Below, in pieces: positions 49,064 to 59,017 of a stretch of 64,000 nt of DNA (within the stretch, counting starts at the first letter, position 1; every line of letters starts with the position of its first letter). The notes below the pieces were generated by a model. It was not told the DNA's origin. It worked only from the letters and a program-made list of their open reading frames with translations, and made no database searches. Made by a program: the position numbers and the translations under genes. This DNA comes from an uncultured delta proteobacterium (GTDB lineage Bacteria > Desulfobacterota > Desulfobaccia > Desulfobaccales > 0-14-0-80-60-11). The stretch lies in contig CAWETI010000003.1 of assembly GCA_963812015.1 (NCBI GenBank), positions 1,856,001 through 1,920,000 on the forward strand. Direction: 5' to 3'.

Positions 49064-50080
49064 CTATTGCGCCTGGGGAAGACAGTCGCGATAAAATTCC
49101 GAAAATTTCGGGATCTGTGCGATCAGGCCGTTTTCCTGGAGGACCCCCGCGACCCGGGCATACGCTTCGGACGTAAGGGTGCCCATGGGCAGGTTCCATC
49201 CCGGCGGCTGGATGATATCCCGCATCCGCTCCAGCATCCATTTCTGGTGGACCCGGTCCGTCGCCACATTCGCGGCCCGGACATAACCCATAACAATATC
49301 CAGGGATTCATCCGGGTGGGCGAAGGCATACCGCCACCCCTCGAGAGAAGCCGCCACGAAGGCCCGGCATCTTTCCGGATGCTGTTGCACCGTCTCTTCC
49401 AGGCAATAAATGCCGTCCTCGGGGAAGTTCATCCCGTAATCGGCCATAAAAAAAGTGGTTAATTCCTCCGGATTCACGCCGGCGTTGAGAATCTGGTGAT
49501 ACTCGTTGTACCACATGGCCGAGGCCACCTCTACCCCATCCCGCAAGAACAGGTTCAGGGTTGCCGATTGGGGGACCTCCCTCACCCGGAGATGGTGTTG
49601 GCGAAAAAAGGCCCGAGGCTGCAAGCGGAATTCATCCCCCCAGAGGCCCACTCTTTTGCCGTTGATGTCCGCGGGGGCGAGAACGCCCTGGGCTTTCTTG
49701 GCTACCAGCATGAGGGCGGACCGTTGCACCATCTGGGCTATGTTGACCAGTTTGCCCCCCTGGGCCCGCGCTTCGATGCCCTTGGCGAGAAACGCGGTCC
49801 CGAAATCAACCCGGCCCTGGGCCAGCATCTCCGAGGCCGGCCACTCGGGGCCGCCCCGCATGATTTTCACTTCCAGGTGGTGCTGCCGGTAGAAGCCCTT
49901 GGCGTATGCCACGTAGTAGCCGGCGAACTGGGCCTGGGGAAGCCACTGGGGCATAAAGGTGACCCGGGCCAGGCCGCTTTCCTGGGCTCTGGCCCCGGCC
50001 CCCAGCAGGAGGCAGGCCAGCAGCGCCATGACGCCGCCCTTCACCAGACGCGGTACTAAACCTACCATTAAGCCAGGCAT
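49064..50080 (-). CDS. NMT1/THI5-like periplasmic substrate-binding protein
   Basis: Signal peptide, QWLPQAQFAGYYVAYAKGFY, FVAASLEGWRYA. Confidence 0.88.
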   Translation of the reverse strand: MPGLMVGLVPRLVKGGVMALLACLLLGAGARAQESGLARVTFMPQWLPQAQFAGYYVAYAKGFYRQHHLEVKIMRGGPEWPASEMLAQGRVDFGTAFLAKGIEARAQGGKLVNIAQMVQRSALMLVAKKAQGVLAPADINGKRVGLWGDEFRLQPRAFFRQHHLRVREVPQSATLNLFLRDGVEVASAMWYNEYHQILNAGVNPEELTTFFMADYGMNFPEDGIYCLEETVQQHPERCRAFVAASLEGWRYAFAHPDESLDIVMGYVRAANVATDRVHQKWMLERMRDIIQPPGWNLPMGTLTSEAYARVAGVLQENGLIAQIPKFSEFYRDCLPQAQ

Positions 50081-50159
50081 GGCAACGCTCCCCCCTGTGT
50101 CTCTCACCTTGTGCGTGGCGCCCCCAACGCGCCTGGAGCTGCTAACCCCATCACGCTTT

Positions 50160-52124
50160 TCACCTGGGTCCCCCCTTACGCCGCCCCCGGGTTTTTGCAA
50201 AAGTCTGATAGATAGCCGGGGGCACCGAAGTGAAGCTGACCAGGATTTCGCACCGGTTCCCCTCCTGGTGCTTCACCTCGATAACCTTGCCATAGATAGA
50301 GCCCGGCATCGGTTCTTCATTCTCATCCAGAAACGTCAGGCGAACATCCTCCCAGGCTTCCAGGTTGCCCTCCGACGTCACCCGGGCGGCGGTGTCGCAC
50401 AGATGCGTCACCCAGGCCGTTCCGGTGGCGTAGGTGACAATCTTGTCCTTGATATGATGGATCTGGACCCGCTTCCTGGCCGGCAGCTTCGTAAGCTTAT
50501 CCGACTTGTCTCTCAGCCGGATATGGTAAGGGGGGCCGATGCCCCGGACGTCATAGAGCGTGGCCCGGCCCGGCACCCCCTTCATCTCCACCTGCTCCAC
50601 ACTACCCACTTCCACCAGGTCCTGCACCCGACTGTAGGTGGCGGCGCTGATCAGCACCTGCCCCGCCAGGGCACATCCTTCCATGCGGGACGCAAAGTTC
50701 ACGTTGGAACCCACAACGCTATACTTAGTCCGCCTTTCCGAGCCGATGTTGCCCACCACCACCGAGCCGGTGTTCACCCCGATGCCCATGGCCAGTCGGG
50801 GCAGGCCGTCGGCCTCGTTGGCGGCATTGATCTCATCCATGGCCGCCTGCATCTCCAAGGCGCAGGCGATGGCCCGGGCCGGGTGGTCTTCCATGGGTTC
50901 GGGGGCGCCGAAGAAGGCCAAGATGCCGTCCCCCAGAATTTCGTCGATGACGGCGTGGTTGTCCAGGAGAATTTCGATCATTTTGCTCAAATAGCGGTTG
51001 AGAAAGGTGATGACCTGCTCCGGGGCCATGTCGGCGATGATGGCGGTGAAACCCCGCAAATCCGACATGATGAGGGAGACCTCCCGGATCTCGCCGCCCA
51101 TTTCCAGAGCCCCTTCGGATTCCAACAGGCGCTTCACCACTTCCTGGGTGACATAGCGCCCAAAGGTGTCCCGGATGAAATCCCGCTTTTCGATATATTC
51201 GGTGAGTTGTTGTCCCAGTTCATTGAAGGAATGGGCCAGATCCGCCACTTCCCGCACCCCCCGTTCCCGCACGGCCACGGCGAAGTTGCCTCCCCCCACC
51301 TGGCGCACCCCGTCCCGGAGGTGAGAGATGGGACGGGAGATGGTCGCGGCAAACCACAGCCCCGACAAGATCCCAACGAGGCCCAGGGCCAGGCCGGCAA
51401 AGAGGCCTCCGATCATGACCTCCCGGTTGAGAACGGCATAATGCGCCTCGATCTGCTGTTTGGCCTGCACCATGGCGATCTGGGAGGATTCTTTGATCCC
51501 CTGTTGCGCCGGCAGGAAAAATTCATCCAGGTTGACGATGGCCGCAATGATGAACGGGGTGCCGGGGACATGGACCCGTACCGAGAACCGCTGCCTCTCC
51601 TTTTTGTCCTTATCGAAAAACGTAAAAAAACCCTGCACATAGTTTTCCTTAAAGGAACGCTTAATCAACTCCGTGGTCTCCGGGTATTCCTTCTCCCAAT
51701 CCAGCTGGTTTTTACCTTCCACGTTTGGGTCCGGGTGAAACAGTATGTAACCGCGCTGGTCATATAAATCCGTATAGCCCGCTGAACCATGCGGGGTGTA
51801 AATCGGCTGGATGGCAATAGCCCTTATCCGGGGATCCTGGCGCAGTTTGGCGTAATCATCGGTTTTTTTTCCTTTCAAGACATAGGCCAGTTCCCGAGCC
51901 ACCTCTTCGGCCTTGTCCTTGACGACGTATTCGCCCATCACGGTGAGGACTCGATCTGAATGTTGTATGTTCGTTGCGGTTACGTTATTTAGGGCCTGGT
52001 CGGCGATTTTGATGGCGCTCTTGGTGAGCCCGCCCAGCACATGGGCGTTGATGAACCAGGCGCCGACTATTAATATGGCAATAAGCGCCAGATAAGACAT
52101 GATCATATAGGTGCGCAGTCGCAT
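50160..52124 (-). CDS. Membrane class III nucleotidyl cyclase: TM-Cache-TM-HAMP-cyclase-PilZ-like
   Basis: Periplasmic Cache-like (ILFHPDPNVEG), HAMP, SDLRGFT, IDEILGD, VNFASRME. Confidence 0.92.
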   Translation of the reverse strand: MRLRTYMIMSYLALIAILIVGAWFINAHVLGGLTKSAIKIADQALNNVTATNIQHSDRVLTVMGEYVVKDKAEEVARELAYVLKGKKTDDYAKLRQDPRIRAIAIQPIYTPHGSAGYTDLYDQRGYILFHPDPNVEGKNQLDWEKEYPETTELIKRSFKENYVQGFFTFFDKDKKERQRFSVRVHVPGTPFIIAAIVNLDEFFLPAQQGIKESSQIAMVQAKQQIEAHYAVLNREVMIGGLFAGLALGLVGILSGLWFAATISRPISHLRDGVRQVGGGNFAVAVRERGVREVADLAHSFNELGQQLTEYIEKRDFIRDTFGRYVTQEVVKRLLESEGALEMGGEIREVSLIMSDLRGFTAIIADMAPEQVITFLNRYLSKMIEILLDNHAVIDEILGDGILAFFGAPEPMEDHPARAIACALEMQAAMDEINAANEADGLPRLAMGIGVNTGSVVVGNIGSERRTKYSVVGSNVNFASRMEGCALAGQVLISAATYSRVQDLVEVGSVEQVEMKGVPGRATLYDVRGIGPPYHIRLRDKSDKLTKLPARKRVQIHHIKDKIVTYATGTAWVTHLCDTAARVTSEGNLEAWEDVRLTFLDENEEPMPGSIYGKVIEVKHQEGNRCEILVSFTSVPPAIYQTFAKTRGRRKGGPR

Positions 52125-52322
52125 GGCTACTCCGGTGTATCCTTAATCCCGCTGAAAACGGCGCGGCCGGGAACCCTCGGCGGAATTATACAACGTTTCG
52201 GATTAAATGGAGGAAAGATTCAATATGCGAGCAGACTTAAGGAATCGGAGCCGCCCGGCGGCCCGGATGGACGATTATGAAAGAGCTTGCCGGGTCGGCA
52301 CCTTGGCACCGGCCGCTGGGGC

Positions 52323-53642
52323 TCAGGGGTAGATCCGATCCAAAAGGCGGGGAAAGGGGATGGTTTCCCGGACATGGTGCAGGCCGCAGAGCCAGGCCAC
52401 CAGGCGCTCGATGCCCATGCCGAAGCCGCTGTGGGGCACGCTGCCGTAGCGGCGCAGGTCCAGATACCATTCCAGGGGTTCCTGGGGCAGGTGATGCTCC
52501 CGGATGCGGGCCAGCAAGAGGTCCAGGTCAGCGATGCGCTGGGAGCCCCCGACAATCTCGCCGTAGCCCTCCGGGGCCAGCATGTCCACGCAGAGGGCTA
52601 GCCGGGGATCGACCGGGTCCGGTTCCATATAAAAGGCCTTGGCCTCCTTGGGGTAGCGGTGCACCAGCACCGGCCGGGGAAACAATTGGGAGAGCACGGT
52701 CTCCTCGTCTCCACCCAGATCTTCGCCCCAGGCCAGGTCTTTGCCGTGTTGTTTCAGGTGTTCCAGGGCCTGGGCATAGCTGAGGCGGGGGAACGGTCCG
52801 GCCACTTCCTCAAGGGGGGCGATATCCCGCTCCAGGAGACGTAGCTGCGCCGCCTGGCGATCCAACACCCTGAGGACCACGGCCCGCACCAGGCCCTCGG
52901 CCAATTCCATCATATCATCCAGGGTAAAGAAGGCCGCCTCGGCCTCCACCATCCAGAACTCCGTCAGGTGGCGACGGGTCTTGGATTTTTCCGCCCGGAA
53001 GGTCGGCCCGAAGCAATACACCCGGCCCAGGGCCATGGCCGCGGCCTCGAGATAGAGCTGGCCGCTCTGGGACAGATAGGCCTTGCCCCGGTCCAGATAG
53101 TCCGTCTCGAAGAGGCTGGTGGTACCCTCGCAGGCCGTGGGAGTAAGGATGGGGGTGTCCACCAGGACGAACCCCCGTTCGTGGAAAAAATCCCGGCAGG
53201 CCCGGCAGACCTCGTCCCGGATCCTCAGGATGGCCTGCTGCCGGGGAGACCGGAGCCACAGGTGGCGCCGATCCATGAGAAAGGCCACCCCGTGTTCCTT
53301 GGGGGAAATGGGATAGTCCGGGGCGATCTGCAGGGGTATCACCCGGGTCACTTCCAGCTCAAAGCCCCCGGGAGCCCGGGGCTCGGCCCTGACCCGGCCT
53401 TCCAGGATCAGGGAGGTTTCCAGGGTAAGCATCTCGAATTGCTGAAAATCTTCCTCAGGGAGGTTCCCCTTGACCAGTACCCCCTGGGCCAACCCGGTGC
53501 CATCCCGGACCACCAGAAAGCGGACCTTGCCGCTGGAACGCAGATGGTACACCCATCCGCGCAGGGACACGGCCTGTCCGACATGCTGGGCCAGGGAAGC
53601 GATGTCAACCACCGGTGCGGTGGTGGTAATAGTTGGCGGCAT
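52323..53642 (-). CDS. asnS: Asparagine--tRNA ligase
   Basis: LRGWV..LRSSGK, RHLWLRS, YLSQSGQLY, FRAEKS.TRRHLTEFWM, PHSGFGMGIER. Confidence 0.95.
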   Translation of the reverse strand: MPPTITTTAPVVDIASLAQHVGQAVSLRGWVYHLRSSGKVRFLVVRDGTGLAQGVLVKGNLPEEDFQQFEMLTLETSLILEGRVRAEPRAPGGFELEVTRVIPLQIAPDYPISPKEHGVAFLMDRRHLWLRSPRQQAILRIRDEVCRACRDFFHERGFVLVDTPILTPTACEGTTSLFETDYLDRGKAYLSQSGQLYLEAAAMALGRVYCFGPTFRAEKSKTRRHLTEFWMVEAEAAFFTLDDMMELAEGLVRAVVLRVLDRQAAQLRLLERDIAPLEEVAGPFPRLSYAQALEHLKQHGKDLAWGEDLGGDEETVLSQLFPRPVLVHRYPKEAKAFYMEPDPVDPRLALCVDMLAPEGYGEIVGGSQRIADLDLLLARIREHHLPQEPLEWYLDLRRYGSVPHSGFGMGIERLVAWLCGLHHVRETIPFPRLLDRIYP

Positions 53643-53807
53643 AGGATGGCGAACCTTATCGGTCAACTTGCCAAAATCGTTATGAATTGTAATGGGCAAA
53701 GGCTCTCGGGGCCTTGCCCTTGCCGTCCAGGAAGACAGCTTCTGCGGCCCGCTTTCGCCAGGCGCCCCACGGTGGCCTCAAGGCCTACAGCTCACTGCTT
53801 ACTCCTC

Positions 53808-54755
53808 CTACAACATGATCTTGATGTGAGCCTTTTCCCGCAAGGTCTTGACCCAATCGCCAAAATACTTATTCATTTCCTGTTGGGTCACTATTCTGCG
53901 AATTTCCGGGGCCGCCTCTTCAAAGGAGCGGGCCTCGCCGCTGCGGCGGCCCAAAATTTGAATCAATTGATAGCCTTCCGGGGTTTCCACCGGGGCCAAA
54001 TCGTTCATTTTCAACTGGCCCAGGAATTCGGCCAGCCGCGGGTCCAGGTCGCTTTGGTTCACAAACCCCACATCCGTAGGTTTGAGTGAGAGTTTCCCGG
54101 CCGCCGTCGCCAGAGACTCACCCCGTCTCACATCCGTGATGATGGTCTCCGCGTTCTTTTTGGCTTCCTCTTTTTGCTGGCTGGTGGCCCCCGGCGGGAA
54201 CGGCAGCTTTAAGGTCATGAGATGCACCTGGTTGCCGCTTTTCTTGAATCTTTCCTCATAGAGGCGGCGCACCTCGGCGTCACTGACCATAACCTTTGTC
54301 CCCACCACCACCGGCAGCAATCGCTCCTGAATCATTTGATCCGCAATCTGCTGCCTGAATTCTTTTATGGAAAGCCCGGCCTGGGACAGTCCCTTGGCCA
54401 GGGTTTCGTCATCGGGAATATTATTGGACTGCTTGAAGCGAGCCAGGGATTCATCCACTTCTTTGTCGGTTACCTTGATGCCCCGGCGATTGGCCTCGGC
54501 TTTGGCCAGTTTGCGGTCAATCAAGGCCTCCAGCATCTCGCGCTCCATTTTCTTCTCAACTGCCCCTCCAGATTTAATCCCTGACTGGGCCTGAATGGTC
54601 TTGCCCATGTTTTGCAACTCGGACATGGTGATGATTTCGTTGTTAACTTCGGCTACAATCCGGTCCACCACCTCAGCCATACCCGTCCCCGTCTGCGCCA
54701 ATTGGATCAGGACGGCAACCAGAGCGATGAGTAAAGGCCCCTTAATTTTTATCAT
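53808..54755 (-). CDS. SurA-like periplasmic chaperone / parvulin PPIase
   Basis: Signal peptide, VDRIVAEVNNEIIT (SurA_N), degenerate rotamase domain, LREKAHIKI. Confidence 0.85.
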   Translation of the reverse strand: MIKIKGPLLIALVAVLIQLAQTGTGMAEVVDRIVAEVNNEIITMSELQNMGKTIQAQSGIKSGGAVEKKMEREMLEALIDRKLAKAEANRRGIKVTDKEVDESLARFKQSNNIPDDETLAKGLSQAGLSIKEFRQQIADQMIQERLLPVVVGTKVMVSDAEVRRLYEERFKKSGNQVHLMTLKLPFPPGATSQQKEEAKKNAETIITDVRRGESLATAAGKLSLKPTDVGFVNQSDLDPRLAEFLGQLKMNDLAPVETPEGYQLIQILGRRSGEARSFEEAAPEIRRIVTQQEMNKYFGDWVKTLREKAHIKIML

Positions 54756-54759
54756 CGAT

Positions 54760-57700
54760 TTAACCCTCTACCTCTGCATTAACAAATGTCTCGACTTCTT
54801 TCAAGCAGTTTTGCAACTGCGTGAGTACCGGGCCGGTTTCCGGGAGTTGAATCCGCAAGGTTTGATCCGGGGTGAGGCGAAAGGTCTGGGGCCGCTTCTT
54901 GAGGATGCCGATCAAACGGCCCAGGTCCAGGCGCTCCGGGTGGGCAAATTGCAGCACCGCACAATTGTCCTGCAGGTCCAAACGCTTGATCCCCAATTGC
55001 CGCAACTGGTGTTTAGCCCGCACCACCTCCAGGAGATTGCGCCCCTCCTGAGGCAGGGGCCCGAAGCGGTCAAGAAATTCCGCTTCCAGTTCCTTCAGCA
55101 TCTCAGGCGTCAGGCGACCCGAGAGACGCCGGTACAGGGCCAGGCGCTGCTGCACATCGGGGACATAATCTTCGGGCAAATAAGCGGCCAGGGGCAGATG
55201 GATTTCCGGGTCCGGCGTCGCCTCCTCCATCGGTTCCCCTTTGTATTCCCGAATGGCCTCCTCCAACAGTTGGAGATAGAGTTCGTAGCCCACCTCGGCT
55301 TGGTGGCCCGATTGGGCCTGTCCCAGCAGGTTGCCGGCCCCCCGGATCTGGAGGTCGTGCATGGCTATCCTGAAGCCGGAACCCAGTTCCGTGAACTCCA
55401 TCAGGGCCTTGAGGCGCTTCTGGGCCTCATTGCTCAGGGCCGCCTCGTCCGGGACCAGCAGATAGGCGTAGGCCTGGGACTGGCTGCGTCCCACCCGGCC
55501 TCGCAACTGATAGAGCTGGGCCAATCCCATGGTATGGGCCCGGTTGATGATAATCGTGTTGGCCGAGGGAATATCCAGCCCGGCCTCAATGATGGCGGTG
55601 CACACCAGGACACTTACCTCCCGCCGCCAGAAGCGCACCATGACCCGTTCCAGTTCCTTTTCCGCCATCTGGCCATGGGCCATGGCCACCCGGGCTTCCG
55701 GCACCAGTTCCTGGACGTACCGGGCCCAGGTGGCCAGACTCCGCACCCGGTTGTGCACGAAGAAGACCTGGCCACCCCGGTCCAACTCCCGGCGGATGGC
55801 GGACTGGATCACCGCGGCCTCCGGCAGGCAGACATAGGTGCGGATGGCCCGGCGGTTCTCCGGCGGGGTGTTGATCAGGCTCAACTCCCGGATGCCGGTG
55901 AGGGATAACTGCAAGGTGCGGGGAATGGGGGTGGCCGTGAGGGTGAGGACATCCACAGTGCGCCGCCACTCCTTCAGCCGCTCTTTCTGCCGGACCCCGA
56001 AGCGCTGCTCTTCGTCCACGATGACCAGTCCCAGGTCCTGGAACGTGACGTCTTTGGACAGCAGACGATGGGTCCCGATCAGGATGTCCACTTTTCCTTG
56101 GGCCAGGTCCGCCAGGATCCGTTTCTGCTCCGCCGGCGACTTGAACCGGCTCAGGGCCCTTACCTCCAGAGGAAAATGAGCCAGGCGATGCCGGAAGGTG
56201 TCGTAGTGCTGCTCCGCCAACACCGTGGTGGGCACCAGCATCGCCACCTGTTTGCCATCCATGGCGGCCTTGAACGCGGCGCGCACCGCCACCTCGGTTT
56301 TGCCGTAGCCCACGTCCCCGCAGATCAGGCGGTCCATGGGTTTCTCCGAGCCCATGTCCAACAGCACGTCGCCGATGGCCTGCAACTGGTCCGGGGTCTC
56401 CTCATATTCGAAGGTGGCTTCAAACTCGCGGTAGACCGGGTCCGGGGGCGAAAAGTGGTGCCCCGGCAGCACCCGGCGCAGGGCATAAAGCTCCACCAGT
56501 TCCAGGGCGATCTTTTCCACCGCCTTTTTTACCCGGGTTTTGGCCCGTTCCCAGGACTTGCCTCCCAGACGCTCCACCCGGGGGCTCACCCCTTCCACCC
56601 CCAGGTATTTCTGCACCAGGTTGAGGCGGTCCACGGGGAGATAGAGCCGGTCCCCGCCCTGGTATTCCAGCTCCAAAAAGTCGTTGACTTCGCTGCCCAC
56701 CGTGAGTTTGATCAGGCCCCGGTAGATGCCAATGCCGTGGTCCAGGTGAACCACGTGATCGCCTTCCGTCAGGTCGGCCAGGGAAGTGAGATCCTGGAGC
56801 GGCGGGGATTCCTTGCGCCGCCGCCCTTCCGGCCGGAATCCCAGGGCTTCATCTTCGGTGAGGACAATCAGGCCTTCCGAGAGCAGCCGAAACCCCCCGG
56901 TCAATTCCCCGGCGGTAATTTCCACCCGGTTCCCGCGCCCCCAGGCGGGGGCCGGGGTGAACTCCACCTCCAGGCCCTCTTCCGTCAGCAGGCGGGCCAG
57001 GCGCTCGGCCCGATGCCGGTTCAAGGATACCAGGATGACGTGGAACCCGGAGCTGCGCCATTCCCTCAGGTGCTGCGCCAGGGCCGGGATTAACCGTCCG
57101 GTTTCACCCCCGGCCTGGACCAGTTCCTCGGCCAGGTGGTCGTTTTTCTCCACCTGGAAGGTGATATCCTGGTCCTGATCCGGATGGCCCCAGAGTAAAG
57201 GGGGGCAGAAGATCTGGGCGAAACGGCGGCATTGCTCTTCCCAGGGGGTTTGATCCAGCCAGCCCTGGGGTACGCCGGCCGCGGCTTCCTCCTGCTTCTG
57301 CAGTTCCTGCCCCAGGATCAAGGGGTCCCATTCCACCACCACGGTGTCCGGGGGTAGGAGGTCCCACAGGGTCGGAGGATGGTCGTAAAACTCCTCCAGA
57401 TGACGTTCGATCCGGGGGAAATGCCGGCCCTCGTGGACGTGGCGCCAAAATTCCGGATCCTGGCGGCGGCTGCGCCGGGCCAGAACGCGCTCCCGGACGG
57501 CTTCGTCCAACACCACTTCACTGGCCGGAAGCACCAGCAGGTCGTCCAGCGTCCCCTGGGAACGCTGGGTGCCAGGATCGAAGCGGCGGATGGACTCCAC
57601 CTCATCCCCCCAGAACTCCAGGCGCACCGGTTGGGGATAGAGCGGCGGAAATAGGTCGATGACCCCGCCCCGGACGCTGAACTCCCCCCGTTCCTCCACC

Positions 57701-58221
57701 ACGGGTCGGCGCTCATAGCCGCCCTCCAAAAGGTGGGCCAGCAACTCCGGGCGTTCCAGACTTTCCCCCGCCACCACGTAGGCCAAAAGGTCCCGAATCC
57801 GGGCCTCCGGGGGCAGCTTCTGCCGCAGGGCCAGGGCCGGTGCTACAATGAGGCACGGCTCCCGGGCAGTCAGGGCCACATAGGCGGCCGCCATACGGGC
57901 GCAGCTCACGTCAGCGTCGAAGCTCAGTTCCCGAAATGGCAAGACCTCGTGGGCCGGGAACATGAGGACTCGGGACTCCGGGCCGGTGGCCCGGACGACC
58001 TCTTCCCCCAGAAAAAAGATCAAGTCCTTAAAAAAATGTTCATGAAAATTGACATTGGGGGTAACCAGGAGGACCGGGCGCTGGATTTGTTGGAAGAGCC
58101 GGGCCAGGATATAAGCCCCGGCTCCGGGAGTGAGCCCCTGGAGATATGCCGGCCGGGATTCCCGGGAGAGAGCCACAGCCAGATGCTGCGCTGCCGCGCT
58201 TAAAGATAACGTGCCTACCAC
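54760..58221 (-). CDS. mfd: Transcription-repair coupling factor
   Basis: RGGVIDLFP, CarD-like VHLDHGIG, CGDVGYGKT, DEEQRFG, TATPIPRTL, QLRGRVGR; start approximate (ORF open to 58299). Confidence 0.97.
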   Translation of the reverse strand: MVGTLSLSAAAQHLAVALSRESRPAYLQGLTPGAGAYILARLFQQIQRPVLLVTPNVNFHEHFFKDLIFFLGEEVVRATGPESRVLMFPAHEVLPFRELSFDADVSCARMAAAYVALTAREPCLIVAPALALRQKLPPEARIRDLLAYVVAGESLERPELLAHLLEGGYERRPVVEERGEFSVRGGVIDLFPPLYPQPVRLEFWGDEVESIRRFDPGTQRSQGTLDDLLVLPASEVVLDEAVRERVLARRSRRQDPEFWRHVHEGRHFPRIERHLEEFYDHPPTLWDLLPPDTVVVEWDPLILGQELQKQEEAAAGVPQGWLDQTPWEEQCRRFAQIFCPPLLWGHPDQDQDITFQVEKNDHLAEELVQAGGETGRLIPALAQHLREWRSSGFHVILVSLNRHRAERLARLLTEEGLEVEFTPAPAWGRGNRVEITAGELTGGFRLLSEGLIVLTEDEALGFRPEGRRRKESPPLQDLTSLADLTEGDHVVHLDHGIGIYRGLIKLTVGSEVNDFLELEYQGGDRLYLPVDRLNLVQKYLGVEGVSPRVERLGGKSWERAKTRVKKAVEKIALELVELYALRRVLPGHHFSPPDPVYREFEATFEYEETPDQLQAIGDVLLDMGSEKPMDRLICGDVGYGKTEVAVRAAFKAAMDGKQVAMLVPTTVLAEQHYDTFRHRLAHFPLEVRALSRFKSPAEQKRILADLAQGKVDILIGTHRLLSKDVTFQDLGLVIVDEEQRFGVRQKERLKEWRRTVDVLTLTATPIPRTLQLSLTGIRELSLINTPPENRRAIRTYVCLPEAAVIQSAIRRELDRGGQVFFVHNRVRSLATWARYVQELVPEARVAMAHGQMAEKELERVMVRFWRREVSVLVCTAIIEAGLDIPSANTIIINRAHTMGLAQLYQLRGRVGRSQSQAYAYLLVPDEAALSNEAQKRLKALMEFTELGSGFRIAMHDLQIRGAGNLLGQAQSGHQAEVGYELYLQLLEEAIREYKGEPMEEATPDPEIHLPLAAYLPEDYVPDVQQRLALYRRLSGRLTPEMLKELEAEFLDRFGPLPQEGRNLLEVVRAKHQLRQLGIKRLDLQDNCAVLQFAHPERLDLGRLIGILKKRPQTFRLTPDQTLRIQLPETGPVLTQLQNCLKEVETFVNAEVEG

Positions 58222-58356
58222 TTTATAACCATATCCCGGCAAGGGAATTTTTTCAAGAAGCCCTTGATTCCCCCGTCTGGGCAAGCTCTCCTGCGTCATC
58301 CAGAATTGGCCATAGCTTCCAAATCAGGCGGCTGCAAGACTGTTAGGTCCTCCAAA

Positions 58357-58454
58357 TGGTCATTCTGAGCCTAGCGGCTAATCTATTTTTCTAACTATAT
58401 TATGGATAATACCCTTCATTCAGGATGACAAAAACCTCTTTTCCAACACCCTGT
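58357..58454 (+). repeat. MITE-like repeat, family C
   Basis: GTCATTCTGAG...TTCAGGATGAC inverted core plus AAAAACCTCTTTTCCAACA tail shared with 36119-36224. Confidence 0.7.
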
Positions 58455-58784
58455 ATTGAGCCAATTGGAACATTCGCCCAAAATTTCTTCCGATAAATGG
58501 TTTATTTATCATACCTTCCCCCCCAGCTACACCGATAGAAAGAAAAAAGTGGTCTATGGTTAGATGTCTGCACCTTTAGGCAAAATTTTTCTACCACCTT
58601 TGCATTTCGCACCTCCTCAGCCTCATTCAGGCGACTCTGACCCTCTGTATGGCAGCACACCTCCCCTGGACGGCTTCTCGCACATGCACTTCAACTAGCT
58701 GTATTCTCTTATTTATTCAGAATAGCGGCATATTTCCCCCAGGGCGTCGCCTTCCCGAATAAAAATCTGCCGGGCCCATCTGAC

Positions 58785-58800
58785 TGGCAACAAACTTGCA
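58785..58800 (+). promoter_or_regulatory. sigma-54 (-24/-12) promoter upstream of csrA-fliW
   Basis: TGGCAACAAACTTGCA: exact GG-N10-GC spacing, near consensus TGGCAC-N5-TTGC. Confidence 0.7.
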
Positions 58801-59017
58801 TAACAAATTTAAGAATACTGCGCCAAAACGCCCCAGACACGGACGGAGGCGTGGGCGTGTGAGATGTTTGCGAAGTATTGCCTTAATGCATCCCGGTCTT
58901 GATCGGTCAGACAACCGCCGGGGGAAATCAACCAAGGCGGGAAGCCGGGGAATTCATGCGGGCCGGTTAACCTATCGGTTATCCACGCTAACCTGGCAAC
59001 GCCACAGGGGTCATACG

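Noticed and set aside
49959..51767. Long antisense ORFs (602 aa here; also 14540-16213, 24838-26268, 54595-55908, 8959-10029)
   Set aside because: Shadow frames opposite well-supported genes, expected in high-GC DNA; no recognisable motifs
46851..52124. Cyclases considered as Pycsar/CBASS anti-phage system
   Set aside because: They are Cache-HAMP membrane sensors with purine-type specificity residues and no adjacent effector gene
58796..59017. 74-aa N-terminal extension of CsrA-FliW in the ORF track
   Set aside because: CsrA homology begins at GTG 59018 and needs a free N-terminal strand; the extension starts inside the sigma-54 promoter
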